From the NCBI GenBank assembly GCA_964016885.1, contig OZ024741.1:170438001-170502000 (forward strand): 64,000 nt of DNA. Direction: 5' to 3'. The notes below the pieces were generated by a model that searched no databases, had not been told where the DNA came from, and saw only the letters and a program-made list of their open reading frames with translations. Below, one piece after another: positions 14,740 to 29,382 of the stretch (positions are counted from its first letter, which is position 1; each line of letters opens with the position of its first letter). The position numbers and the translations under genes were made by a program. Source of the DNA: Eledone cirrhosa. Taxonomy: Eukaryota.

Positions 14740-15508
14740 ATGTGTGTATGTGTTGCGCGTGTGTGTGTGTGTATTTATATCTTTTTATATGTGTATGTGT
14801 ATGTTCGTGTAAATGTATGTGTGTGTATGACAGTATAGGTATGTGTGTATGTATGTATGTGTAGATATCTCTATGTGCGCGTACATGTATGTATGTGTAT
14901 GTATATCTGTATGCGTATGTACATTATATTATATGTATTATATTTTATTGTTTTTATTTTTTTATTTTTCTTAATTTATAGATACATTTATATTAGGCTG
15001 TCTGGTCTGACAATCTAATACTGACCCCTCCCCCCCCCTCCCACCTAATTTCTGTATCTTGATCTTGAAATGTGTGTACCAGTGTTTTTATGTGAGTGAC
15101 TTAATTTCTATTTGCTTATGATTTTATATCCACATATATAAATGTGAGTGGGGGAGTGTGTGTGTTTGTATGTTCGTGGTTATGTGTATATTTATACATA
15201 TACGCACATGTATGTGTGATTATACTGATATGTGTGAGTATGAAAAAAATATATTTATATGCTTGACTCCATAAGTATCATTGCGTATCTTATCAGCGCA
15301 TTAAGCTTACAGAGATATTAACCTTGAAATTTTGTATTTGCATCCATCTTTTTAGTATGCACATACAAATTATACACACATTATTGTAAAATATGTGTAA
15401 GGTTTTTACATGTATATACACACACCAAACTGCTTTTTAACCCTTTGTGTTTTCATTGGTCAATTTTGAACTGATATTTTGAATTGTTGTTATTATCAAT
15501 AAATATAC

Positions 15509-15663
15509 TTCATTATTTCTGAAGACGGCGTATATATGAGTTAGGTATGTATATTTAATCTTGATAATTTGTATAATTTTGTATAATTTTGTACATAGAT
15601 CTGTTAAATATGCATACCAATTATAACACATATATACCCTAGAAACGATCGTTAAATAGTGAA
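15509..15663 (+). ncRNA. Hammerhead motif, family A pLTR
   Basis: Same sequence as 407..561. Confidence 0.72.
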
Positions 15664-15857
15664 CTTTTTTTGTTTAATATAAGGAATTGTTTGTTCATTA
15701 TTTGTTTAATATTTTATCTTGACTCTGTATACCGTTTATCTTTCACCGAAATTGGATTTTCATTACATCTCTTCTTTCCATGATATCCGGAATACATTGA
15801 GTTCTTCATACGGATTGGACACTACCGTAAACTCTTGGTAGATTTATCTACATATAT

Positions 15858-16408
<551 letters not shown>

Positions 16409-16430
16409 TATATATATATATAAAATAAAA

Positions 16431-16470
16431 TACGGATTGGACACTACCGTAAACTCTTGGTAGATTTATC

Positions 16471-16474
<4 letters not shown>
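16431..16474 (+). mobile_element. Solo 44-bp 3' tail of family A pLTR
   Basis: TACGGATTGGACACTACCGTAAACTCTTGGTAGATTTATCTACA equals 707..750, followed by (TA)n. Confidence 0.85.
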
Positions 16475-16544
<70 letters not shown>

Positions 16545-16547
<3 letters not shown>

Positions 16548-19177
16548 CGTTTCTGAATTTGTTTTGCAAGATTCTCTTTCTGAAAACGTGTGTTGAAACC
16601 AATATTTTTATGCTTTGGGAGGGTCATGTTGCCAATAAGAAACACACGCGCCAGTTGCTTTCACTTCAATTTATTATAAATTAAATTTATAAATTTCCGG
16701 CTGGTTGGTTCCACAACCAGACGATTGTTCATATATTGTCAAAATATTTTCGTCACACATTCTGTGACCTCTTCAGTGATTGGGGATTCCTTTCTTTGTT
16801 CTTGTGCCTCTCCTTTGTTCTGTGCTACGCCATCTTGTTTTTGTGTGTGTTCTGTGCTTAGTTTGCGCATGTGTTACATGCGGGTGTTTGTGTGTGTTTA
16901 TATTTGTTTAATTATTTGTCTATTTACATGTTACTGATTTGTTGTTTGTTCTATGTGTGTGTGTGTTTTCATTTTGTCCTTAATTGTAAGTTGTGATGTT
17001 GCTATTCTATTTAATTTTGGTTGGAGTTTATTTATGTTTATTGCCTCTGTGATTTGTCTAAATATTGCGTGTTTTCTGTGTGTAGATTCTATTTTTATTT
17101 GTATGTTCTCTAATTTACCCATATGTTCTATTGGTGGAGTACAGATGATTCTTTACTATCTTGAAGCTCTCGCCAGTATTCATTTATCCGTTCTTCTATA
17201 CTATGAGCTGTCTCACCTATGTACACTATATTCTTATCTCTACATAGTCCTTCAGTACATCTTATGCTATATACTACATTTCTAGTTTTACCTATAGTAA
17301 TGATTATATAGATACATATGACCTTAGCAACCTGTGGCCTACAAGACCAGCAAGAGGCAGACCACCTACCATTACCTCGATGGCCAAGAAAACCCACACA
17401 GTTAGATGGAAGGGGTGGACCAGAGCCATACGGACTCCCGAAAACCGCGATGAACTAAAGAAAATGATTGCACATGCGGTGGGAGCCAGTATAAAATTAA
17501 CCCTTAAGGAACATATGTTCAAATTTAATGGAAAAGAGGAGAGAACAGCTATTGGTGTTAGCATTGCAGGTGACATAGCTAACCTATTCATGGTATGGTG
17601 GGACAATAGACTTAAACTTAAACTTAAAGAACAATTAGAAGACAGCAACTTCTTATCCCTGATAATGAACTCCAGCTACGTTGATGATATAAACATCGTA
17701 GTAAAAATACCCCACTAGAGAACAGTCAGGAATTAGAGAAAAACACCATGGAAAGCATCCAGCAAATAGCTAACTCCATCCACCAGAGTATTATAGTTAC
17801 TATAGACTACCCATGCAAACACTCCAACCATCGATTACCCGTACTAGACACAGAGCTCTGGTTAGATACAATTAATAACAAAAAACAAATGCTCCAACCC
17901 CATTATGCCAAACCCATGACTTCCAAATATCTGATCCACCGAAACTCAGCAGTTTCGGACCATACCAAAATCAACATACTGATTGCGGATTTGGTACGGG
18001 TGATGAGAAACGTATCCCGCATGTGCAACCGCAAAGAACTAGAGATACACATACAACACTTCATCGATCGTATGCAGTTCTCTGGTTACAACCAGAGAGA
18101 TAAAATCAGAGTATATAGAGGAGCCAGAACAAAATGGGAAAAAATGGTAAATAAGATACAAAGGGGACCTGCCCCTTGTATAGGAGCAAATTTTGGAATA
18201 GAATAGAAAGAACTAGGAATAATAGAATAAACTAGGTTAATAGAATAAACTCATGGTATGATAGCAATAAATACCAGAGTGTAATGTTCATCAATACAAC
18301 CCCTAGAGGTGAATTAGCTTACACATTTAGAAGGGCCATAGATAAACATAAACTCAATATTAAAATAGTAGAAAGACCAGGTACCTCCATAAAAACACTT
18401 TTTAGCAATACATACCATTTTCAAAGACCTCCCTGTATAGATAAGAAATGTATAATCTGGAAACTAAGCCCCCATATTAACTGTAAAACCAGAAATGTAG
18501 TATATAGCATAAGATGTATTTAAGGACAATGTAGAGATAAGAATATAGTGTACGTAGGTGAGACAGCTCGTAGTATAGGAGAAACGGATAAATGAACACA
18601 GGCGAGAGCTTCAAGATAGTAAAGAATCATCTCTACTCCACCAACATGCTAAAATAGAACATATGGGTAAATTAGAGACATAGAAATAAAAATAGAATCT
18701 ACACACAGAAAAGACGCAATGTTTAGACAAATCGCAGAGGCAATAAACATAAATGAACTCCAACCAAATTAAATAGAAAACATGAATGGAATAGCAACAT
18801 CACAACTTACAATTAAGGACAAAATAAAAACAGACACACATATAGAACAAACAACAAACCAGTAACATGTAAATAGACAAATAATTAAACAAATATAAAC
18901 ACACACAGACACCCGAATGTAACACATGCGCAAACTAAGCACAGAACACACACACAAATAAGATGGCGTAGGACAGAACAAAGAAGAGGCACACAAACAA
19001 AGAAAAGAATCCCCAGTCACTGAAGAGGTCACATAATGTGTGACGAAAGAATTTTGACAATATATGAACAATCGTCTGGTTGTGGAACCAACCAACCAAC
19101 CGAAAATTTATAATAAATTGAAGTGAAAGCAACCGGTGCGTGTATTTCATATTAGCAACATGACCCTCCCAAAGCAT

Positions 19178-19182
<5 letters not shown>
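16545..19182. mobile_element. PLE family D fold-back insertion (minus arm 16545..about 17290; plus copy about 17300..19182)
   Basis: Inverted arms carrying EN and pLTR; (TA)n on both sides; HHR motifs at 16738..16780 (-) and 19016..19058 (+). Confidence 0.88.
17380..18808 (+). pseudogene. Disrupted family D RT (C-terminal part) plus GIY-YIG
   Basis: FKFNG...AIGVSIAGDIANLFMVWWD, YVDDIN, LPVLDTELW, HYAKPM, CKTRNVVYSIRC; stops and frameshifts. Confidence 0.85.
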
Positions 19183-19218
<36 letters not shown>

Positions 19219-19223
<5 letters not shown>

Positions 19224-19422
19224 CCGCTACGTTGTCTTTCTGCCACGTTTCTCACAATCTGTACCACCCCAGGGGGAGTTCCAGTGTTCGTAAAGTTAAT
19301 CTAGGATGATATATATATATATATATATATATCATCCTAGATTAACTTTACGAACACTGGAACTCCCCCTGGGGTGGTACATATTGTGAGAAACGTGGCA
19401 GAAAGACAACGTAGCGGATAAA
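19219..19422. repeat. Near-perfect palindrome of about 92-bp arms around a (TA)n centre
   Basis: 19219-19310 vs 19331-19422, one mismatch seen. Confidence 0.9.
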
Positions 19423-19657
19423 CTGACCCAAGGTAGGTTTTCGGGGACATTTTCAGGCAATAGCTTGAGAGTGGATCTTTTTCTATATACGAAATTTTTG
19501 AGAGCAAGTAAGCCTTATTAGACAGTCTAATATATAGGAAAGTTTAAAGAAAATATGATTGTGTCAATAATGTCAACAAACCATGGAGGCGGATGTGCCT
19601 AAGAGGAGAGCACTGAATGGAATGCATTTATAGTAGTAGAAACATGCACTTTAATTT

Positions 19658-19698
<41 letters not shown>

Positions 19699-19975
19699 TA
19701 TCTATGTATGTTCTTTAAGTTTATACGTCCAAACACACACACACAGACACACACACATATATATATATATGTGAGAAAAACCACAGACCCTCCATCTCAA
19801 CTCAGCTTTTGAAAAGCAGAAGAACTGTGAAACCGGTAAAGGAACCAAATAAATATATATATATTTAAAAAAAAAATAAGACTCCAGTTGCATTTTCGAT
19901 TTCATCTCTTTTTCTTTATACTTTCACTCGTGTAGGACACCTCGGTTAATTTTCATTTTGTAAAAAAAACCTCAC

Positions 19976-20022
<47 letters not shown>

Positions 20023-20136
20023 GTCGTCAAACATGACATTTGTAAGAGTTTGTAGAAACAAATCACTCTTGATGACCCAACATATAGTTATTATAGTAGG
20101 TTCGTATATCTCGGTCCTTTTAATTGACTTCTGTAA

Positions 20137-20719
20137 ACCATATTATCTTTAGTCAGTATCTTCTTTCCCATGACGCTTTTTGTCCCATATGATTTGAAAT
20201 CATATAGTTATATATCTGTGTTCGTCTCTCTTTACTATGCTATAATCTTTTTTCCTTGAGCTAATTTGATTATAAGGGACTAAGGTGAGGTTTTAACTCA
20301 GTATATATTTTTGATAAATTGAGCTCCTTTGCGTTTGCTGAGCTTTTAAAATATCGGATGGTTCTAGCTGCTATTTTTTCTAGTAACCTTATATTTTATT
20401 TGATTCACCCAGCATGCGATGACCATGTGCTTTTTTTTCTTAAAACATGTGTGTTATTTAGTCATCTAAGAATTTTAGGAGTCAGGGGTCATGAAGCATC
20501 CATTGAAAAGCATTGAACCAGTAACTCTCTTCATTGAATTGTGAAACAGTTCTACCCGAAAGCTGCCTGGATGTTTGATAGTTATCTTAGTAGGTACGAA
20601 TATCTTGATTTGTACTTTTAATTGAGTTCTCTGAACCATACTATTTTTGTCAGTATTTTCTTCACCTTGGCGGTTTCTGTCCCTTGTGATTTGAACGCAT
20701 ATAGTTATATATCTGTGTT
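20137..20719 (+). repeat. Diverged direct repeat of about 85-100 bp (about 20137-20222 and about 20616-20719)
   Basis: Shared TTTAATTGA...AACCATA...GTCAGTAT...TGTCCC...GATTTGAA...CATATAGTTATATATCTGTGTT. Confidence 0.6.
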
Positions 20720-20750
20720 ATATATTTATACACACACACATATATATATA

Positions 20751-21330
20751 TCTAAGAAGACTGAACTATGTGTTGATATAAAACGAGACAGGCAAACTAT
20801 ATTGTTTTAAATTAGTATTTTTTAACCTAGCTAACTTGGTCATTTGCAATTCGAACACATATATTCAATTGTATTACACGGCTCGAAAAGTTTCCCTTCC
20901 TTGAGCTATTTAATTGTAAAAGACTATTTTGAGTTTCTAACTCAATATATGATATTCTCGGCTCCATACGTAGCGCTAACTTTAGTCTCTTAAAACCGAC
21001 TGCTATTTTTAGCGGCACGAGTATGAGACGCGCTAGGCGCTGCAACATATGCTTTTATATCAACACATAGTACAGTCTTCTTAGATCTTTTGAAGTGAAA
21101 CGTACGAATTTCCTGGATACCCGCAGAAGAGCACAGGAATGGTGGCTTTCACTTCATAATTTTTGCGCAACAGATTAAGATATGTCTGGGTATCAAACGG
21201 CAGTTGCCCAATATAGGTTTGTTATGTTTATTGATTTATTACATTAAATCGAGACAAGCAAACCATATTGTTTTATATTAGTATTTTTTCAACCTAGCTA
21301 ACTTGGTCATTTGCAATTCGATCACATGTA
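20751..21330. repeat. Rearranged repeat: 33-bp inverted repeat (20751-20783 / 21053-21085) and about 70-bp direct repeat (20784-20853 / 21250-21321)
   Basis: TCTAAGAAGACTGAACTATGTGTTGATATAAAA and its reverse complement; CGAGACA...AACCTAGCTAACTTGGTCATTTGCAATTCGA occurs twice. Confidence 0.65.
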
Positions 21331-21390
21331 TACTTGTATCGGTGTTCATCCCTCTCATATATTTAATTGTATATATATATATATATACAA

Positions 21391-21459
<69 letters not shown>

Positions 21460-21597
21460 CTATATATACTATATATATATACTATATATATACTATATAT
21501 ATATATATACTATATATATACTATATATATATATTATATATATATATATATATGTGTGTGTGTGGGTGTGTGTTGGTGTGTGTGTGTGTGTGTGTGT

Positions 21598-22014
21598 GTC
21601 GGATGGTAGCTAAGACGATTCCATAGGCAGTATGTCGGTTGAGCACTCTATGCTCTTATAGAGCAGTGTATGATAGAATATAAAACGAAAAATCAGTAAT
21701 GAATCTGGACTCAGTTTATTGTGTGTTACAATTGTTTCGCCGGCGGACAGCTCGAGACGCGATCATTGTGTGGATCTGTCTGATTCTGGACCTGCATGTT
21801 CGACGGACACGTCTAATGATTTCATTTCGGAGCATATATATTCTTGGAGCATATTCGTGGAAGGATATGCTCTGAAATCATTAGACGTGTCAGTCGAACC
21901 TGCGGGTCCAGAATCAGACAGATCCACACAATGATCGCTTCTCGAGCTGTCCGCCAGCGAAACAATTGTAACGCACAATAAATTGAGTTCAGATGCATCA
22001 CTGAGTTTTCGTTT

Positions 22015-22019
<5 letters not shown>
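21598..22019. mobile_element. Non-coding fold-back element (family G)
   Basis: Arms about 21678-21839 / 21865-22019, left tail about 80 nt. Hammerhead 3' half GAAA-CAATTG-TA. Related to 32063..32372. Confidence 0.75.
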
Positions 22020-22103
<84 letters not shown>

Positions 22104-22123
22104 ATATGCATATATATATATAC

Positions 22124-22382
22124 TTCGTTTTTTAAATTGCTTTGCAAGATTTCTTATCTGAAAACGTGTGATGTAACAGATATTGTTATAATTTGGCAGG
22201 GTCATGCTGCCAATAAAAACACACCGACCTGTTGATTTTTACTTCAATTTATTATAAATTTCCGGTTGGTTGCTTATATATTGTTAAAGCTCTTTCGTCA
22301 CAGATGCTATGACCTCCTCAGTGACTGGGCTTTTATTTTGTGTGTCTCTCCTTCCTTCTGTCCCACACCATCTTGTTTTTGT
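22124..22382 (-). mobile_element. Diverged family D pLTR fragment with hammerhead (22283..22325)
   Basis: Aligns to 16545-16845; minus strand reads GTCA-CTGAGGA-GGTCAT...GTGAC-GAAA-GAGC-TT. Confidence 0.8.
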
Positions 22383-22390
22383 ATATATAT

Positions 22391-22434
<44 letters not shown>

Positions 22435-22830
22435 AAGAGAAAGAGAGAGGGAGATATTAAAGACACACAAGGTGAATCATTTTGCACATATTTGGCTGTG
22501 TTTCTGTTATTATACCGTCACGTGTTATGTCAATGATGAGTAAATGATCATTCCGTTATCACTAGAATCAGAATTGTATTAATCTTAACATGATTACTCT
22601 TCTCTAGATTCAGCGAATAAATCCACGTTAATTTGTAATCTGATACTGTATCTTAATTTAAATCATTATATTTATTATTCTTAACGACTTTCCTTGTTAT
22701 CAGTGTGTGCGTAGGATTAAACAATCACTTTATATTTCCGCAGGATTTCTTTTAAATGGATTTCCTTGATGGATTTCTTTTTTTTTGTTGGTGCCTGTTA
22801 GAATAATGCTGTAGGAGTGAATCTATAATA

Positions 22831-22866
22831 TACAGGGTGTCCCCCCAAAATATATACACACTTTGA
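22831..22866 (+). mobile_element. Possible solo Tc1/mariner terminal inverted repeat
   Basis: TA-CAGGGTGTCCCCCCAAAA...ATACACACTTTG resembles mariner-type TIRs. No partner end found. Confidence 0.3.
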
Positions 22867-23209
22867 TTATCTGTACAAGCTATATTTATTAGAATTATGT
22901 TGAAGTATGTATACATTCTTTTGGAACAACTTGCATAAGGACATCATCAGTCACAGAACAACATTGTACATGGATTATGCCGACAATGAAAATGTAATAA
23001 TAAACAGTTAATAAAATCTTCATTCAGAAGATAAGATCATTATGGTCTAACAAATAGAAAGTGTAATGTACTATAAAGATAATATAATGTAACCACCATT
23101 TTTAAAAGTAGTAACACACCCATATATACATACATGAATACATATACATATATGCATACTTATATACATACATGATACTTATATACATACATGAATACAT
23201 ATACATATG

Positions 23210-23280
<71 letters not shown>

Positions 23281-23538
23281 TACACAAGTAACAAAGTTAT
23301 GTTCAAATCATTTAATCGCTGACAACTGTTTCTTCCAAACTTTAGTTTGGAGTCATCGGCGCATTATCAATGTTTGTACATATAATTAACCTTCTATTGA
23401 ACTGAACAATCATATAGATACATATATATTGATGTTGTGAACAACAGTTTAGTATTTACAGGGTGTAATGGATGCGACATATATTTTACGAGAATTGTAC
23501 AATAATTAAAATTTAAATTTAAATTTAAATTTACCAGT

Positions 23539-25989
23539 ATGGTAATCAAAGATTACCTTCCTATGTCTACTAAGAACATACAATACCATCTAAAGATACA
23601 TATGAAAAATTATTGATCAATAGTGTCAACTCCTTTATCACTAGAGTGAGATGGGGGACATACCATTATGATAGAAACAGATCTAACAAAAACAGTGATA
23701 CTAACACTTTCGACTCTTACGGCTTTAAAACTTTCAAAAGCCCTCCTCACAACACCTTATTAAACTCTTTTGAAAATGATCTAATAAAACTAGTTAAGTA
23801 CATTAAGTACAAAAAGCATCGTAATAGAAACAACACCTTCGTAAACAACCTTAACTCCACTATTAAACGATTTAATAAACAAAAAAAAATTATAGTACAT
23901 GCAGATAAAACAAATAATATATATATCTTAGATTATGATACATATAGAAAATTTATATATAAAGAACTACATAGGAGCTATAAGAAAACTACTATTAAAA
24001 ACCTAGAAAATATAAATATAGAAGGCCGTAGTATAGTGTAAATTAGGACTTCAGAGACATACACAGCCATACATCCCTAACCCCCCGAGATTCTCTCTGA
24101 ACGACCATAAAGAAGACTTCATTAGCAACCCTTCGATAAGACTAATCTGCCCTTCCAAATCTGACATTGTTATTATCAGCAAGAAAATATTAGATAGAAT
24201 TATCCCACAGATTAAGCACAAAATATATCTTAACCAGTGGGGAAATACAGGTGAAGTTATTGAATGGTTTAAGGATATTAAAGAGAATAAAAATAAAATT
24301 CATACAATTTGATATCCATTCATACTACACCTCTATTTCCCCTATCCTATTAAATAAGGCACTAATTATGGCCATGAACAAAAGTTACCTGACTAGATCC
24401 CAAATTGATGTCATACTTGCGGCCCGAAAAAAGATAATTGCATTTGAAGATCAATTATGGACCCGCAAAGATACGCATAACAACTTTGACATAACTATGG
24501 GATCTAGTGACTCGGCGCAGGTCACTGATTTGGTGGGCCTATATCTACTAAATGAAAATCATAAGAACATACCCTACCTCAATGGTGATTTATACCGCGA
24601 TGATGCACTACTCCTTATAGACTATACAAAATTTAATATAGAAAGAACTAGGAAACTATTACATAACATTTTTAAAAACTTCAACTTAAGTATCACCTTA
24701 GATAAAAACACTAAAAACGTTAACTTCCTTGATACTACCCTTTACCTAGACTCTAAAATATATACACCCTTTCATAAACCTAACGAAAAACTAATTTATG
24801 TGGATACCAAGTCTAACAACCCTAAATCCATATTGAACTCAATCACTAAAGGAATATCTAATAGAATCTCTAATCTATCATATAACGAAACCATATTTAA
24901 CAATAATTCCCAATACTATAATCAGGCATTAGCTAAATTAGGCCATAACAATAGGATTGAATTCCTACCTATAAAATCACATAGTTACAGCATTATTTCT
25001 CACAATATGGCCATGAAGAAAAATAATAAGAATACTAACCACTCTTACTCTAATACGAAGGGTAATATCAAACTTAACTCGCACCAAAGTAAACACCACA
25101 ATAATATTTTAAACAGAAATACCTAAAAAAATATTATAAAAGACAAAATAGAAGAACTAATACATTCTTCAGTCCCCCTTTCAATCTAAACGTCTCTACC
25201 AACTTGCCTAAGGCTTTCTTCTCAATCATAGAAAAAAACTTCCCATCTGGCTACAAATACCCATAATCTTATAAATAAAAACACCATTAAAATCTCTTAC
25301 TCTACCACACCTAACATCGCATACCATATAGCTAGTAGTAATAAATGGAAGATTAATAATTATTTCCAACTAATTAAAACACAACAGCAGGTAAACTTAC
25401 AGAACAACATAATACCTACAAACGTTAGTAGCAATAGTAATAATAGTAATAACACTAATGAAATCAATAACAATAGGAACGACAACCATCATTACCCTAA
25501 TGTTATCCATAGCAACCAGACTTCTACACAACATAATAACCGACAAGATAACATCCAAAATAAATGTAACTGTAGATCAAATAGAACTTTCCCATTAGGT
25601 AATAATTGCTTAATCAAAGACATCATTCACTCCTGCACGGTCAACACAAACAACTCTTCTAAAACATATATTGGCTCTACTTCGAACTGCTTCAAGACGA
25701 GATACAACTCGCACCTCCACTCTTTCAAAAAACATAATCTAGCCAACTCCACTTCACTATCTAGCTACATACACTCTTGAAAACTAGGAATAGACCATAT
25801 ACACTTCAATGGAAAGTAGTAGGTAGGGCTACATTGTATAAACCACCGAATACATTTTGTAACCTCTGTCTTCTAGAAACCCGTACTATAATCTTTTCGA
25901 AACTAAACCTCCTAAATAAAAAGTCAGTGTTTTCCTCGTGCCAGCACCACTACCGACACTCATTCCATAGCTTTAAACCTAGCCGCTAG
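23539..25989 (+). pseudogene. Frameshifted PLE RT plus GIY-YIG, homologous to family A
   Basis: STKNI/IPSK, RVRW, HADKTNNIY, QFDIHSYYTSISP, ITMGSSDSAQVTDLVG, LYRDD, NFLDTTL, CNCR, YIGST, CNLCLLE, LLNKK. Confidence 0.9.
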
Positions 25990-27221
25990 TATATACCAAT
26001 ATCAGATTTGAATTCCTCACCACCATTAACACTTCACCTCTAAGACTTTTCTTCCCCCACAGCATCAAACTCTTTGATCTGCTCTTTCCTCTACACAAAT
26101 CCTCTTCATCTCAAACATTATTCTCTACAATAACTATTAGAAATAAACATATATTCACCACCTTTTAATATAAATACTTTAGATTACTTATACTATATAT
26201 AGTAATTGATATATAATATGTATAGACATTAAATGTAATATATGACAATGAATTATATATACATTTATAATTAAATGTATAAATTAATAATATTGTATAT
26301 AAAGGATTAAATTATTAACATAAGGGATTTATCTAATTTAACATGTAAACAGCTATACATTATTTCATATCTTGCCTAGTATTGGGTAGATAACAATCTA
26401 ATGAAACCTTTAATATATTATGAGAGTAGACTGTATTTAAAATTAAATATATACATATATAACATTATGTGTAAGGGATTCAATTGTGACACTATATAAT
26501 GTCTACTAGAGCAAAGATTTTAAATAGTTTAATGAGCTAGTTATCTCCCGTTACGCATTAGCTCCTCTTAATTTTTTTTCTCATATCCACTTCCGGATAT
26601 TAAACCGTTAGAAACTCTCGCTGTAGAACAACTCTAATCCATGAATATGAATACAATAAGACCAAGTTACAATCCATTACTATAACTAATTAAAAACACG
26701 CAATACAAACATTAACTAAAATATAATTTACCATATGTAATTGATAGGAAATCAATAACTTTCATATTCTCCACACATAAAAATTTGAACTCTACAGAAA
26801 CTATCATCGCATTACATCCTCCATAATACACTAACATATTCGCTTAAAGTGCTCGTATATTATGTAATACCTCGCCATACAGTATTCATATATGCTAATA
26901 CCTTTGCTTGTTTCCTTCTCATATATATGACTAACGCATGTGCAATCTCTACACGCTTGAATATGTACTTCTTTCTCAATGCCTCTTTAATTAGTAGACT
27001 ATTCTCTTGTATTATCTGTCGCATGTATTCCACTCTGTGCTTTTAATTTTAATTTTAATTTTAATTTTAATTTTAATTTGAATTATTGTACCATTCTCGT
27101 ATAATATATGTTGCATCCATTACACCCTGTAAATACTAAACTGTTGTTCACAACCTCAATATATATGTATCTATATGATTGTTCAGTTGAATAGAAGGTT
27201 AATTATATGTACAAACATTGA

Positions 27222-27275
27222 TAATGCTCCGATGACTCCAAACTAAAGTTTGGAAGAAACAATTGTCAGCGATTA
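27222..27275 (+). ncRNA. Hammerhead-like motif, family B pLTR (mirror copy 23313..23366 minus)
   Basis: TAATGCT-CCGATGA-CTCCAAAC/GTTTGGAA-GAAA-CAATTG-TC-AGCGATTA; core position U4 is C in both arms. Confidence 0.65.
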
Positions 27276-27446
27276 AATGATTTGAACATAACTTTGATAT
27301 TTGTGTAATTTATATTCCTGCTCTGTAAAACACCTGATGTTCTTACATTGAGCTAATTCTCTTACTGGTAATAAGGTAGTAATACATTACTGACCTTTCC
27401 TGTTTATAGCTATTTATAGTATAGTATATACATAACTATAAATAGT

Positions 27447-27590
<144 letters not shown>

Positions 27591-27629
27591 AGTATATATT
27601 TATATATGTGTGTGTATATATATATATAT

Positions 27630-29010
27630 TCTTCTCAGCCCACTTATTCCTGGGATGGTCGTGAGTGCGAAATCAGCCGAGCTCGTGCATGTTATCCAGC
27701 CGTCTTGCTCAAGGTCTACTTTCGGGTCTACTGCCGATTGGTTTTGCCCGTAAATAAAATCTGTGCAGCGATTCTTACCTGAGACATTCTAACCAAATGC
27801 CAATAGTATCGGAAAAATAACGGTTATATCTGGAGCGCTTCTCTGATCCCTGAGCTACGCACACTATCGAGTAACGTTACTCGAAAGCCACTTCGGAGGA
27901 ACCCCATTTCGGCCGCTTGTATTCTCGAACTTATTCCTCCTGTAATTAACCAAGGTTCATGACCATTGGTAAGGGTTGGCACGAATACCTAAATGAAGAT
28001 AACGTGTTTATCGAATGCTGAAAATGGAGCATTACTCCACCAGCTATTGCCATTTTGGCACTTATTGAAGCCTCCGGCTTTCCATCACTTCTGGACATAG
28101 CGAGATACTCTGATCCTCTTCACATGCTTCAGAAGAACCCTACTCACATGTAAGATGTGCTTGCTTCATTAAGAGGGCGATAGTCTCAGACTTAAAAGCA
28201 CTGATTTTCATTCCAACTCTGCAGCATTCGGCCTCAAACCTATCAAGGGCATGTCGGAATTCACGTTCTGACGAATTAAGTAATATCATGTCTGCAAATT
28301 CCAGCCGACTGATCCTACACTCATCGGTCGTCAGACTATTTCCTTCCCGTCTGCGCTTATCAATCCTCTTCATGATATTTATCAACAAGATAGGGGACCA
28401 GCCCGATTCCTGCCTTAAGTGGTTTCAATTTAGCATCATTTATCCGAACACATATACTAAAACATTTGAATAGAAACATTAGTGTCACAAGATGCTGTCC
28501 ATCGATCTCATACTCCTATAGAACCTCCCACATCATGTCCTGTGGAACGCGGACGTATGACTTTTCAAACTCTACGAAGCAAGCATACACCTATTGCCAG
28601 TACTCCCAAAACTTTTCAAGGGCCTGCTGCAGAGAGATTATTTCGTCTTCTTTGTCGCATCCGTGGCGAAAACTACACTGTTCATCGTCTAACTTGGACT
28701 TAATCTTTTCCCTACATCTCTTTACTAGACTTGACATATACTTTATCGGGAAGGCTTAACAAAGAGATCTATCTATAACTGGAAAAATCTCTCTTTACTC
28801 CCTTTTGATAATTGGGATTATCATTTCCGATTGCCATTGCTGAGGTACCTTTCCAGAAATCCAGACCACCTAGCACACATGAGTTAGCCAGAGAATACCT
28901 CCTCTGTTTAAGGATTTTAACATCTCGGGCCGAATCACATTTTCTTCAGCGGCCTTGCCAAATCTGAGCTCTTTAATTGCTGTTGTGACCTCAGCCTCGA
29001 GAGACTAGTC
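27630..29010 (-). mobile_element. Degraded RTE-type LINE fragment (RT region to 3' end)
   Basis: Minus-strand peptides AEVTTAIKELRFGKAAEENVIRPEMLKSLNRGGILWLTHVC...GKVPQQWQSEMIIPI and RLEFADMILLNSSEREFRHALDRFEAECCRVGMKISAFKSE. Cut by the gap. Confidence 0.78.
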
Positions 29011-29210
29011 NNNNNNNNNNNNNNNNNNNNNNNNNNNNNNNNNNNNNNNNNNNNNNNNNNNNNNNNNNNNNNNNNNNNNNNNNNNNNNNNNNNNNNNNNN
29101 NNNNNNNNNNNNNNNNNNNNNNNNNNNNNNNNNNNNNNNNNNNNNNNNNNNNNNNNNNNNNNNNNNNNNNNNNNNNNNNNNNNNNNNNNNNNNNNNNNNN
29201 NNNNNNNNNN
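29011..29210. other. Assembly gap (200 N)
   Basis: Run of n. Confidence 1.
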
Positions 29211-29382
29211 GTAAGAGAGTCACAAGCATAAGGACAATTCCAGCCCTTCGGCCACTGATGTTTCGACGCATTAAAGTCAGTACATCTCACCACAGTGTGT
29301 TGACAACTAAGGAATAATCATCAGGGAAGAAAACAAAAACAATAAAAAAACAGAGACAATAGCGAAGAGAATATATATATAT

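Larger units (their letters stand above)
23277..27430 (+). mobile_element. PLE family B, near full length, with an inverted about 255-bp 5' pLTR
   Basis: 23277..23532 is the reverse complement of about 27055..27311. The right end extends about 100 nt further. (TA)n flanks. Confidence 0.88.

Noticed and set aside
21719-21978. Mirror-image ORFs on both strands (also 45258-45486)
   Set aside because: A trivial consequence of palindromic DNA.
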